DNA of 64,000 nt, taken from assembly GCA_965249485.1 (NCBI GenBank), contig OZ252239.1:2848001-2912000 (forward strand), read 5' to 3'. The DNA comes from a bacterium. GTDB taxonomy: Bacteria; SM23-31. Both the position numbers and the translations under genes were made by a program. This document shows positions 30,894-40,196 of this stretch, piece by piece. Every line of letters starts with the position of its first letter. The stretch's first letter is position 1. Under the pieces are notes generated by a model. It was given only the letters and a program-made list of their open reading frames with translations. It did not search any database and had not been told where the DNA came from.

Positions 30894-31468
30894 AAAATAC
30901 CTTTCGTTGACGGTACACCGTCCTGTATCTCCGTGCATGCTTCAGCAAGAGCCCTACCCCACGATTTGAATATTGATTCTATCTTGTGATGGGTGTTTTC
31001 GCCAAAAAGATTTACAATATGGAGATTAATCTTACTCTCCTGGACAAATGCTTTAAAAAATTCCTTAACTGTTTCGGTTTCGAGATCACCGAGCCGCTCA
31101 TGTGCATACGAACAGATATAGACCAAATACGGCCGGCCGGATATATCGACAACCGTTCTGCTCAAACTTTCATCCATCGGAACAAAGCTGAAAGCAAACC
31201 GTGTGATTTTCGGTTCCGGTCCAAGTGCTTTTCTGAGTGCCTGTCCGAGCGTTAGTCCGACATCCTCCATTGTGTGATGACTGTCAACATGCAGATCACC
31301 TCTACAGGTCACATCAAGATCAAACCCACCATGAAAAGTAAAGAGTGTCAACATGTGATCCAAAAAGCCTATACCGGTATCAATGGTACTCTGTTTCGAA
31401 CCATCGAGATTGAACGTAACCGATATGTCGGTCTCACCGGTTTTTCTCTGCAACGACGCTTTTCGCAT
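30890..31468 (-). CDS. hisB: Imidazoleglycerol-phosphate dehydratase (monofunctional)
   Basis: TGIGFLDHML, D.HH..ED, PMDE, N.HH..E; no phosphatase domain. Confidence 0.96.
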   Translation of the reverse strand: MRKASLQRKTGETDISVTFNLDGSKQSTIDTGIGFLDHMLTLFTFHGGFDLDVTCRGDLHVDSHHTMEDVGLTLGQALRKALGPEPKITRFAFSFVPMDESLSRTVVDISGRPYLVYICSYAHERLGDLETETVKEFFKAFVQESKINLHIVNLFGENTHHKIESIFKSWGRALAEACTEIQDGVPSTKGIL

Positions 31469-31499
31469 ATTTACTCCGTAATTATTCGTGGACGTCCGA

Positions 31500-32438
31500 T
31501 CAAAAATTCTCATTGTTTAGTTCAATAAAGCCAAGTAAGTCATTTACAGAAGAAGCTGTGAATTGTTGTGCTTCTTCAGGAAAATTCCTGCCTGATTCCG
31601 CAACCAATCCAAACCTCAAATCGCCCGGTTCACCGGACTTGTCGAAATTTACAACTGTAAGATAATCATCGATTGAATCACCGATAAACAATGCACATTT
31701 ACTTTGTGCATTGTGGATAATTTGGATCATTTTAGCAGGATCGGGTTTATCTGGAAACATTAAATCTGTAAAGCGGACGAGGTTTCTATCGATTTTATCA
31801 AATTTAAGCATCTTTAGGGCAAATTCAGTCTCATGCATCATTCTGCCGGTTAAAACACCAATTTTACCACTCCATTTGTTTAAAAGCTCTCTGTCTAACA
31901 GCACAGTTTCCGATTCAACACTGCCAACACCGGAATAAAACTCCGGTCGAAATCCATACAGCGACTCACAGTTATCATCGCCGCTGTATATTTCCTGAAA
32001 CACTTTCTTGATTTTTATTTTATCAACTTTATTCTGTATCCAGCTCAATACATCATCGGAACAAATTTGTTTCAGAAGTTCGTTAATTCCATTGACTCCG
32101 GCACTCATCGCACCAGCTTCGTCAAGAAATTCAATTAGGTCCGGACATGAATTACTACTTTTGTATTTAAATAGTAGATACGACACCATTCCTTCGGTCA
32201 ATTCCCAGTCATTATTGAAACCTGTATACTGTTTAAACGTAAGTGCATCCTTGATTGTCAGCCTGTTCAGATCAATTGGTAGTTTGAGCAAGGTGTTGAT
32301 GTAAAAACGAGTTGTTTCAACAATTGTTGCAATAAATGACGGCAGTGTATCGATGAGAACACCATCAACATCAAAAACGATCAAATCTATTTTTTCTATA
32401 TACTCCTTCATCTCTTGCGTACAAACAACACTGCTCAT
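31500..32438 (-). CDS. HAD-superfamily hydrolase, candidate histidinol-phosphate phosphatase
   Basis: FDVDGVLID (motif I), GFNNDW, TGR, KP.P, IGDSIDD; located between hisC and hisB. Confidence 0.75.
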   Translation of the reverse strand: MSSVVCTQEMKEYIEKIDLIVFDVDGVLIDTLPSFIATIVETTRFYINTLLKLPIDLNRLTIKDALTFKQYTGFNNDWELTEGMVSYLLFKYKSSNSCPDLIEFLDEAGAMSAGVNGINELLKQICSDDVLSWIQNKVDKIKIKKVFQEIYSGDDNCESLYGFRPEFYSGVGSVESETVLLDRELLNKWSGKIGVLTGRMMHETEFALKMLKFDKIDRNLVRFTDLMFPDKPDPAKMIQIIHNAQSKCALFIGDSIDDYLTVVNFDKSGEPGDLRFGLVAESGRNFPEEAQQFTASSVNDLLGFIELNNENF

Positions 32439-33512
32439 TTAGTTCACCCCGCTACAAATTTTCTTTAGTGCATCAACAAATTGTTCATTTTCTTCCTGCA
32501 AACCGACACTGACTCTGATACAATTCTCAAGGAGCGGATGTTTTGACATATCGCGCACTGAAATGCCTGCTTCTTCAAGCTTTTGAGCAATTTCCGAACC
32601 GTTCATTTCTCCCTCAACAATAAAGAAATTCGTGTCAGAAGGATACACTTTGATCGATACTATTGTTTCTAGTTCCTGAATCATTGCAGTCTTAAATTTT
32701 TTTACTGTCTCAACATTCTTCTGAATAAGATCCTGATGGCCTAGCATTACAACTGCGGCAGTTTCGGAAAATATGTTTAAGGTGAACGGTAATCTGACAC
32801 GGTGGAGATACTCTGCAACTTCAGGATCGGCAATTGCGTATCCGACACGCAGACCGGCAATACCGAACGCTTTTGAGAATGTCCGTAAAATGATACAATT
32901 TTTATAGCGTTTCAAGAGATTGAGCGCTGTTTTATTACTGAATTCAAAATATGCTTCGTCAATGATAACAATGCCATCAGTGACCTTCGCAATTCGTTCA
33001 ATATCGGCGATTTCCATAGAATTTGCTGTCGGATTATTCGGAGATGTCAGAATAACCATATCGACTTTTTCATTCTGAGCAATGTTAACCATCTCATCAA
33101 CAGGGAATGTCAAACCGGGACCCAATTGGGGATTGATAGCCTTAGCCTCGAGAAAACGCAAATTGTATTCGTACATAGGAAAAGTCGGAATCGGAAACAT
33201 GACCGTACTGTCTTTGCCAAGAGCCATTGACATTGCTATCTGAATCATTTCATCCGAACCGACACCGACAACAATCTTCTCAACCGGAACGTTAAGATTC
33301 TTACTCAACGCTTCTCTAAGCGGATCACCAAACATTGAAGAATATCTGTTCCATTCCTGCTTTGCAGCTTTTTCAAAAATTTCCTGTTTAATTTCAGCAG
33401 GAATATCAAACGGCACTTCATTTTGATCAAGCTTTATACCGGGCTTATTTTCAAATGGGTACGTTTTCCCATTTCTTATATTAGCCTTAATAACGTCACG
33501 CCACTTATCCAT
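32439..33512 (-). CDS. hisC: Histidinol-phosphate aminotransferase
   Basis: KLDQNE, GSDE, SPNNPT, DEAY, RTFSKAFGIAGLRVGY. Confidence 0.95.
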   Translation of the reverse strand: MDKWRDVIKANIRNGKTYPFENKPGIKLDQNEVPFDIPAEIKQEIFEKAAKQEWNRYSSMFGDPLREALSKNLNVPVEKIVVGVGSDEMIQIAMSMALGKDSTVMFPIPTFPMYEYNLRFLEAKAINPQLGPGLTFPVDEMVNIAQNEKVDMVILTSPNNPTANSMEIADIERIAKVTDGIVIIDEAYFEFSNKTALNLLKRYKNCIILRTFSKAFGIAGLRVGYAIADPEVAEYLHRVRLPFTLNIFSETAAVVMLGHQDLIQKNVETVKKFKTAMIQELETIVSIKVYPSDTNFFIVEGEMNGSEIAQKLEEAGISVRDMSKHPLLENCIRVSVGLQEENEQFVDALKKICSGVN

Positions 33513-34776
33513 TTCGTATCTCCACTGATTGTGCATGTGCAAATAATTGCTCTATTTTCGCAAATGTACTGACAAATTTTGAAGCGTTTGACAAAGCCTT
33601 CCAAGTATATCCGGTATATGAAGTGAATTTCATGAAATCGAGAACATTGAGTGGTGATGCAAACTTTGCCGCACCACCGGTAGGCAGTGTGTGATTCGGT
33701 CCTGCCCAGTAATCACCCACAGCGCCCGGAGTGTATTGACCTAAAAAGACCGCGCCCGAATTACGAATTTTCTTGCTGAACTCATTTGCATTATCAATCA
33801 GCAGTTCAGTATGCTCCGGTGCAATTTGATTGATGAGCTCAATACCTGACTCTATTGAATCAACGAGAACAATCCCACCATTATTTTCTGTTGACTGACT
33901 GATATAGTCCCGTCTTGGGGAAGATTTCATTACATTTTCAAGCGTTTGTTCGAATGTGCTCAAGAGTACTTTGGAATTTGTAATCAATACTGTTTTCGCA
34001 TCAGGATCGTGCTCTGCCTGAGCCGCAATATCCCATGCAACGTATTCGACCGGGACAGAATCATCGGCTAATATCGCTACTTCTGTCGGGCCGGCCGGCA
34101 TATCGATTCCCACTTTTCCAAATACTTGTTTTTTTGCTTCGTTTACAAATTTATTCCCAGGCCCTGTAATTTTTGCCACCGGAAGTATCGATTCGGTTCC
34201 ATATGCGAGCGCTGCAATAGCCTGAGCACCTCCAACTGCATAGATTTCAGAGATACCCAGCAGTCCGGCACATCCAAGTATAGCGGGAGCAAGTTTTCCG
34301 TCCTGACCGGGAGGAGAAACAATCACAATGCGTTCCACACCAGCAACCTGTGCCGGAATACAATTCATAAGTACGGTTGATGGGTATACGGCTCTTCCCC
34401 CGGGAACATAAATGCCAACTGATTCAACAGGTGTGTATTGTTGTCCAAGTGTAATTCCGTTTTCATCTGTTTCTCGCCATGATTGCGGTATTTGCCTTGC
34501 ATGATACGATCGGATGTTTTCCGCAGCCTGCAAAAAGATGTCCTTTAATTCAGGAGAGAGGTTTCTTTGTGCAGCCTGAATATCTTCGGCATCCACTCTG
34601 ATCTGCTCAACAGATACACTGTCAAATTTCAGAGTATACTCCTTGAGTGCTGAATCTTTTCTCAATCGCACATTAGAAATAATATCCCGTACAACTTCTG
34701 ATGTTCTGTCTCCGGATTGCTCTGCGGAGGAAAACCAGAAATCGATCACTTCTTTTGGTGTGTCAAATTTTTTCAT
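33505..34776 (-). CDS. hisD: Histidinol dehydrogenase
   Basis: GIYVPGG...YPS, GGAQAIAALAYGT, GPGN, AQAEHD, GPNHTLPT. Confidence 0.96.
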   Translation of the reverse strand: MKKFDTPKEVIDFWFSSAEQSGDRTSEVVRDIISNVRLRKDSALKEYTLKFDSVSVEQIRVDAEDIQAAQRNLSPELKDIFLQAAENIRSYHARQIPQSWRETDENGITLGQQYTPVESVGIYVPGGRAVYPSTVLMNCIPAQVAGVERIVIVSPPGQDGKLAPAILGCAGLLGISEIYAVGGAQAIAALAYGTESILPVAKITGPGNKFVNEAKKQVFGKVGIDMPAGPTEVAILADDSVPVEYVAWDIAAQAEHDPDAKTVLITNSKVLLSTFEQTLENVMKSSPRRDYISQSTENNGGIVLVDSIESGIELINQIAPEHTELLIDNANEFSKKIRNSGAVFLGQYTPGAVGDYWAGPNHTLPTGGAAKFASPLNVLDFMKFTSYTGYTWKALSNASKFVSTFAKIEQLFAHAQSVEIRNG

Positions 34777-34792
34777 TTTGATTTATCCGCAG

Positions 34793-35692
34793 TTAATAAA
34801 TCACTTTATTTAGTCGGTATTCAATAATGTCCCGTGCTCCGATGTTTTTTAATTCAGGTATTATCGTCCTGACTTCTTTTTCAAGAATGATTATCTCGAG
34901 TGCCACCCAGTTTTCATCAAGCAGAGACGAAACAGTCGGATCTTTCATAGCTGGTACCAATCTGCGTGCGGTCTCAATTTTGTCTTTCGGGAGATTGAAT
35001 TTTAAACCTGCTTTATCCTGAGCCTGCAATGCTCCTTTCGTCAGCAAAGCAATTTGATCGATCTTTTCCTTCTTCCAGGAATTCTGGTAGCTCTCTTTAT
35101 TGACGATAAGCCGGGGTGTTGATGTGAGAATGGTCTCAATAATCCGGAGATTATTCTCCTTCAATGACCGGCCGGTCTCAGTTGCCTCAACAATTGCATC
35201 GACCAGAAGCGGTGATTTAATCTCTGTGGAACCCCATGAAAACTCAACGGATGCATCAATGTTTTTTTCAGCAAGATAATTTCTTGTTGCGTTTACCAAT
35301 TCAGTTGCTATCCTTTTCCCCTGCAAATCTTCAACTTTTTGAATAGCAGAATCTGCTGGTGCTGCAATTACCCATCGTATCGGCCTCATAGACTGTTTAG
35401 AATATGCCAGTTCGGCAACTTCAATGACATCCGCATTATTTTCCATAATCCAGTCTTTGCCTGTTATACCGGCATCAAAGATTCCTTTGTCGACATATCC
35501 GGCAATTTCCTGTGCTCTGATTAACACCGCCTGTATTTCATCATCATCGACTGAAGGGCTGTATGAGCGGGTATTCTTTGAGAAATTGTAGCCTGCTTTT
35601 GCCAGTAGAGAAAAGGTTGCATCCTGCAGACTTCCCGACGGAAGACCCAATCGCAGTACATTACCGTTATCATTAAATGCGAGCGCTGACAT
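34793..35692 (-). CDS. hisG: ATP phosphoribosyltransferase, long form
   Basis: LGLPSGSL, RAQEI, DAGITGKDW, VEFSWG.TE, DAIVE.TETG, C-terminal regulatory domain; GAGGAG RBS. Confidence 0.95.
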   Translation of the reverse strand: MSALAFNDNGNVLRLGLPSGSLQDATFSLLAKAGYNFSKNTRSYSPSVDDDEIQAVLIRAQEIAGYVDKGIFDAGITGKDWIMENNADVIEVAELAYSKQSMRPIRWVIAAPADSAIQKVEDLQGKRIATELVNATRNYLAEKNIDASVEFSWGSTEIKSPLLVDAIVEATETGRSLKENNLRIIETILTSTPRLIVNKESYQNSWKKEKIDQIALLTKGALQAQDKAGLKFNLPKDKIETARRLVPAMKDPTVSSLLDENWVALEIIILEKEVRTIIPELKNIGARDIIEYRLNKVIY

Positions 35693-35714
35693 TATATCTC
35701 CTCTGTTTATGTAT

Positions 35715-35748
35715 AAAACAAAAAAACCCACCAGTATATGGTGGGTTT
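35715..35748 (-). terminator. Attenuator terminator of the his operon
   Basis: AAACCCACCA-TATAC-TGGTGGGTTT followed by TTTTGTTTT; its 5' arm is also complementary to TTGGTGGG in the leader ORF. Confidence 0.9.
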
Positions 35749-35781
35749 CATTAGATTCAAATTTAAATGAGTCCTAAAGAG

Positions 35782-35868
35782 TTATAATCCCACCAATATC
35801 TGACCTACAACGGCCTGATGATGAACGTGTACATGGCGATGAACTCTGTAGTGACTTTGTGTATTCAT
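35782..35868 (-). CDS. hisL: His operon leader peptide (28 aa, 6 His)
   Basis: MNTQSHYRVHRHVHVHHQAVVGQILVGL, upstream of the terminator/antiterminator and hisG. Confidence 0.88.
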   Translation of the reverse strand: MNTQSHYRVHRHVHVHHQAVVGQILVGL

Positions 35869-36078
35869 GATAATTTTCGATTTTATTAAAGGTTATATTT
35901 ACAAATAATATTTATAATAATCAAGATTTTTCTTTTAATACTATCACTTATTCCACTACAACTATCATCATATACAGCAAATTTATTGATTTTTTAATAA
36001 TATCGAAATTCTTTGTATCTCATTTTCATCTTCCATAGGGTGTATAAACAGTTTGAATAAGTGGAAAAGCGTACCATC

Positions 36079-36615
36079 TTATTCAATGTCTGTTGGCTTC
36101 CCATCCAGGCTTATTCTATTATTTTCTTCCCAATATTGTTCGATCCCGGTACGGCCTTTTTTTTCTGCAAACTTACGTAAAAGATCTCGTTCACCTTTAA
36201 ATTCATAAAATGGGACCTGATAACCGCACGATTTTTGAACGAGGTCTATACTAACATTAAAAATCTGTCTTGCTCCAATATATTCCGGGAATAAATCAGC
36301 TAATTTATTCAAATCCGGATCTTTTGAATGAACAATTCGTCCGTTTCCATAAAGCCTCACTATCATTGGTTTTTCATCAAATGCGCAACACATTATTGTG
36401 ATTCTATTTATAGCGACCATATGTGCAGCTGTTTCGTTGCCGCTCCCAGTCAAATTGAGCCATACGACTCGATTTTTATCAATCACCCGTAGAGAATCGC
36501 CACCTTTAGGAGAAATATTGACGCGGCCTTCTACATCAGCTGTCCCAACAAAGAATAATTTTTGCCGCTCAATAAAACTTTTTAGGGTATCATTAATTTC
36601 CGAATATTTTGCCAT
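36079..36615 (-). CDS. Pyridoxamine 5'-phosphate oxidase-family FMN-binding protein
   Basis: FI..Q..FFV.TA...GRVN.SPKG, LNLTGSGNETAAH, SCGY.VP. Confidence 0.88.
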   Translation of the reverse strand: MAKYSEINDTLKSFIERQKLFFVGTADVEGRVNISPKGGDSLRVIDKNRVVWLNLTGSGNETAAHMVAINRITIMCCAFDEKPMIVRLYGNGRIVHSKDPDLNKLADLFPEYIGARQIFNVSIDLVQKSCGYQVPFYEFKGERDLLRKFAEKKGRTGIEQYWEENNRISLDGKPTDIE

Positions 36616-36728
36616 GATCTTTATCCTTCCTTCGAGATGACAAATTGATTAATTTCAGTAATTGTGCATCAAAATAAAATGTATATTATGCAAAAATATT
36701 TCTAATGAAATGGCATATTACAAAGTTA

Positions 36729-38150
36729 TTATTTCCTGCATTTTTCAATCGCATTCTTCGCGGAATCTATTGCAGTTTCAACGTCTTTCTCGCTCGTCCT
36801 CCAATTCGAAACGGAAACCCTCATACATCTCTTACCCCTCCAGGTAGCACCACCAAAAAATGCTCTGCCGTCTTTTAATATTTCTTCAATCACTTTGTCA
36901 GTTTGTTCATCATGGTCTGTTTGAGAAGCATTTTCATTTGGTGAAAGAAATCTAACAAGGCCCTGATTGATTATCGGCTCCCACAACATTTCAGCACCTT
37001 TCAATTTGCCAATGCCGGTAACGATCGAATGAGCATGTTTACAACATTTGTTTACGAGATCGGTCACCCCCTTTTTTCCAAGCTGCCTGATAGCAGCATA
37101 AGCAGCAACACTTCTTGCTCGTCGAGAAAAATCGGGATTCCAATCTACTTGATCTCTTGCACCGTCAACGAGTACCATATAGCTTGCCCGGCTCGACATC
37201 GCCTTTATTTGTGATGGTGGGTGAGCAACAAATGCAAATCCGCTGTCATAAGGAACATTCAACCATTTATGTCCGTCAGTTGCCCATGAGTCAGCATTTT
37301 CAACTCCTTTTAAATAATGCCGGTAATCAGGGCTGGCATTTGCCCATAATCCGAATGCTCCGTCAATGTGGACCCATGCATTGTACTTGTGTGCGATAGG
37401 GATCAACTTCTCAAAATTATCAAATGATCCCGTATTTAATTCTCCGGCTTGAAGGAGAACAATAGTAGGTGAATCGGGCGATACCTTCAATGCATCTTCA
37501 AGGCTAACCGGACTAAAACCTCTTGTGTCATCTTCTGAAATCCTTATAATATTATCAGTTCCAATACCGATTATCCTCGTGGCACGATCTACTGTTGTAT
37601 GCATATTGTCACTGCCGACAATTCTGATTTTTGGAGATCCTGACAATCCTTTTTTCTCGACATCCCAACCATGCTTTTCCAGAATGTAATTTCGAGCGGC
37701 GGCAAGGCAAGTAACATGAGCCATTTGGCAACCCGTAACAAAAGCATGAGACACAGAATCCGATAATCCAAGTAATTCTTTCAGCCACTTACCGGTTATT
37801 TCTTCGATTACTGATACAGCAGGCGAACAGGCATATATCATCGGGTTTTGATCCCACGTTGAAACCAGCCAATCTGCAGCGAGAGATGCAGGTACGGAAC
37901 CTCCGATAACCCAAGCGAAAAACCTTCCTCCGGCATTTCCCAATAGTGCACCTCTTGTGTCATCAACCAGTTCATTGATAATTTTTTCCGGTTCCATTCC
38001 AGTATCCTGTAATGGTTTATCAAGCTTTTTCCTTATTGCGTCCAATGTCAATGTTGCAGATACCTTGGAATCATCTAATGTCTCAAGATAATTTATCGCA
38101 TGATCCAGAGTTGTTTCCAGTAGCGGCCTTATATTTTCTTTTAAATTCAT
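36729..38150 (-). CDS. Group II PLP-dependent amino-acid decarboxylase (substrate unknown)
   Basis: RFFAWVIGG, WDQN, WVHIDGAFGLWA, DSWATDGHKWLNVPYD.G (PLP lysine). Confidence 0.9.
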   Translation of the reverse strand: MNLKENIRPLLETTLDHAINYLETLDDSKVSATLTLDAIRKKLDKPLQDTGMEPEKIINELVDDTRGALLGNAGGRFFAWVIGGSVPASLAADWLVSTWDQNPMIYACSPAVSVIEEITGKWLKELLGLSDSVSHAFVTGCQMAHVTCLAAARNYILEKHGWDVEKKGLSGSPKIRIVGSDNMHTTVDRATRIIGIGTDNIIRISEDDTRGFSPVSLEDALKVSPDSPTIVLLQAGELNTGSFDNFEKLIPIAHKYNAWVHIDGAFGLWANASPDYRHYLKGVENADSWATDGHKWLNVPYDSGFAFVAHPPSQIKAMSSRASYMVLVDGARDQVDWNPDFSRRARSVAAYAAIRQLGKKGVTDLVNKCCKHAHSIVTGIGKLKGAEMLWEPIINQGLVRFLSPNENASQTDHDEQTDKVIEEILKDGRAFFGGATWRGKRCMRVSVSNWRTSEKDVETAIDSAKNAIEKCRK

Positions 38151-38201
38151 TTATCCCTCAATTTGATACTATGAATTTATAATTTTTATTCATTATAGTA
38201 T

Positions 38202-38235
38202 AAAACAAAAAAACCCACCAGAATATGGTGAGTTT
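38202..38235 (-). terminator. Attenuator-like terminator upstream of the decarboxylase
   Basis: AAACTCACCA-TATTC-TGGTGGGTTT plus T tract; one G-U wobble relative to copy 1. Confidence 0.85.
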
Positions 38236-38309
38236 CGTTAGTTGCTATTTTCAATTGAGTCTTAAATAGTTATAAACCCACCAATATCTGACCGGCAACG
38301 GTCCGATGA

Positions 38310-38363
38310 TTAACGGTGGTTAATTGTGATGAGCTGATCTCTGTTGAAACTTTGTGTATTCAT
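38310..38363 (-). CDS. Degenerate hisL-derived leader ORF (17 aa, 1 His)
   Basis: MNTQSFNRDQLITINHR*; the homologous ...GQILVGL* tail lies out of frame and ends at 38270. Confidence 0.55.
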   Translation of the reverse strand: MNTQSFNRDQLITINHR

Positions 38364-38457
38364 AATAGTATTCAAAATTTAGTCAAGGATATTTACAAAA
38401 ATAAATTATTATAATCAAGATTTCTATTTTTGGATATTTTCAATACTCTTAATTATT

Positions 38458-39393
38458 TTACGAGTTTTTTGAATCATTTGGCCCATTCAGTTGCTTTTTT
38501 CTTATAAGAGATGAAAGACGTGTCAATGTTACACCTCCGATTATGCATGAGCCACCCAGAATTTGATAAAAACCTAATTTTTCATGGAGAAATATTGCAG
38601 CAAAAGTTACGGCAAAGATCGGCACCATATTTTGGAAAATTGCTGTCTGTACATTTCCAATCTTTGATACGCCATAAAACCAAACCGTATAAGCAAATAC
38701 ATTTGCAAACAAGAATGAAAAAGTAAAATAGCCCCAACTTTCCATTGATATCGATGGCCAGTCCATTGTCATGAAATCATAAATGCCAAATGGTATGAGC
38801 AAAATTGTTCCGATTATAAAAGTGAGTGCAACCACTACACTCAATGAAGATTCCTGAATGAGCGGTTTGGAAAATACGGTAAAAATGCTCCAGCACAATG
38901 CACAGCACAAAATAAGCACATCGCCTACTACATTGCCGCTTGTAATTTCAAGACCGGATGCAGAACTGTTGATTACCAGCACAATCCCTATGAATGATAT
39001 GATCACACCGATCCACCCAAACAGATTGACTTTCTCAAGTTTAAACACAGAACTTAACAAGGCAACGAGAATGGGAACTGTTGAATACATAAGTGATGCA
39101 TTGCCAGCTGAAGTGATTTTAAGCCCAAATATAAATGCAATTTGAAGAAGTGTGTTTCCTACAAATCCCAGAAACAGCAATCTCCAAAAATATTTTCTGA
39201 TTATTGAGTAATCTCTAATATAAAAGTGATAATAAGTCATAAAAAATAGTGAGGAAGCTATAAATCGGAGAACAATAAAACCGAGCGGAGGAAATTCTGC
39301 CAAAGCAAGTTTGACAGCAGTAAAATTATATGCCCAGATTACTGCAACCAAGAAAAGGAGTATATCAACAACTGCTACTGATTTTTTATCCAT
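38458..39393 (-). CDS. DMT/EamA-family transporter
   Basis: About 10 TM segments in two EamA repeats; IWA.NF..VK, LRF, P...A, E.L. Confidence 0.9.
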   Translation of the reverse strand: MDKKSVAVVDILLFLVAVIWAYNFTAVKLALAEFPPLGFIVLRFIASSLFFMTYYHFYIRDYSIIRKYFWRLLFLGFVGNTLLQIAFIFGLKITSAGNASLMYSTVPILVALLSSVFKLEKVNLFGWIGVIISFIGIVLVINSSASGLEITSGNVVGDVLILCCALCWSIFTVFSKPLIQESSLSVVVALTFIIGTILLIPFGIYDFMTMDWPSISMESWGYFTFSFLFANVFAYTVWFYGVSKIGNVQTAIFQNMVPIFAVTFAAIFLHEKLGFYQILGGSCIIGGVTLTRLSSLIRKKQLNGPNDSKNS

Positions 39394-39437
39394 AATATGC
39401 TATAAGTGAGGCATTCCAGTATGAATTCAAACCGTCC

Positions 39438-39466
39438 AATATACTGTGAAAATAGTATATACTCAA
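39438..39466 (-). promoter_or_regulatory. sigma70-type promoter TTGAGT-N17-TATATT upstream of the DMT gene
   Basis: Read directly from sequence; 17-nt spacer. Confidence 0.55.
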
Positions 39467-39629
39467 TATATTAATGAGAATAGAAATGAATGATTATGAA
39501 ATAATAAGAGATGTACTGCGGCGAAAATGCTTATTATGATATATTGAGAAACTCAATTATCAAATAGGGGGAGAGTACAATAAAATTCTACTAATTATGA
39601 AGTAATGCTCGATATTTCGGTTGCCATTA

Positions 39630-40193
39630 TTATTCAGATTCAGGAAGAATCTGCAAAATCTGTCCTTCAAACCAGGATTCTACCGATTCACCGGCTTCTT
39701 CATCAATATAAGCGTCAACTGAGCCAAAATGCGTGTAGTTTATACTGCCGTCAGGTTTGAAAAATATAGTTACCGGTAGTCCTCTAAATGGTACACCGAG
39801 AATTTGTGTCAAGTCTGAAGATTTTGCGAGAAGAATAGGATAATTTATGCCCATTTTCTGCACTGCCGGCTCAACTACGCTTTTGCCTTCAATATCTGTT
39901 GATACACCCCAAATTTCAAGGCCTTTATCCTTATATTTATCATACAACCTGACAAATATTGGCATTTCATCGATACATGGTGCACACCATGTCGCCCATG
40001 CGTTCAACATAACACCTTTCCCTCTCAGATCGGAAATATTCATTTCCTCACCGTTCAATCCAGTCAGTGAGAACGTGTAAATACCATCGACCTCATATAC
40101 TTCCGATTCTCCTCCGGAACAGCTTATGACAAAAAAACTACATGCTATTACTACTATTGTCAAAAATTCTTTTGCGCTCTTCATACGTCTCAT
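39630..40193 (-). CDS. TlpA/ResA-like thiol-disulfide oxidoreductase lipoprotein
   Basis: WATWCAPC..EMP, GLP.T; lipobox-like VISC. Confidence 0.9.
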   Translation of the reverse strand: MRRMKSAKEFLTIVVIACSFFVISCSGGESEVYEVDGIYTFSLTGLNGEEMNISDLRGKGVMLNAWATWCAPCIDEMPIFVRLYDKYKDKGLEIWGVSTDIEGKSVVEPAVQKMGINYPILLAKSSDLTQILGVPFRGLPVTIFFKPDGSINYTHFGSVDAYIDEEAGESVESWFEGQILQILPESE

Positions 40194-40196
40194 CCT

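Larger units (their letters stand above)
35711..35929 (-). repeat. Diverged direct repeat copy 1: promoter + leader + attenuator module
   Basis: Shares exact blocks with 38198-38423, e.g. ATGAATACACAAAGT, GGTCAGATATTGGTGGG, CTGGTGGGTTTTTTTGTTTTATAC. Confidence 0.92.
38198..38423 (-). repeat. Diverged direct repeat copy 2: promoter + leader + attenuator module
   Basis: Collinear with 35711-35929, including a TTGATT-N17-TAAATA promoter-like element. Confidence 0.92.

Noticed and set aside
36729..38150. Calling the decarboxylase a histidine decarboxylase
   Set aside because: Only proximity to his genes supports it; the motifs identify the fold, not the substrate
35711..38423. Treating the repeat-flanked cassette as an active mobile element
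   Set aside because: No transposase or integrase, no terminal inverted repeats, and the direct repeats are clearly diverged
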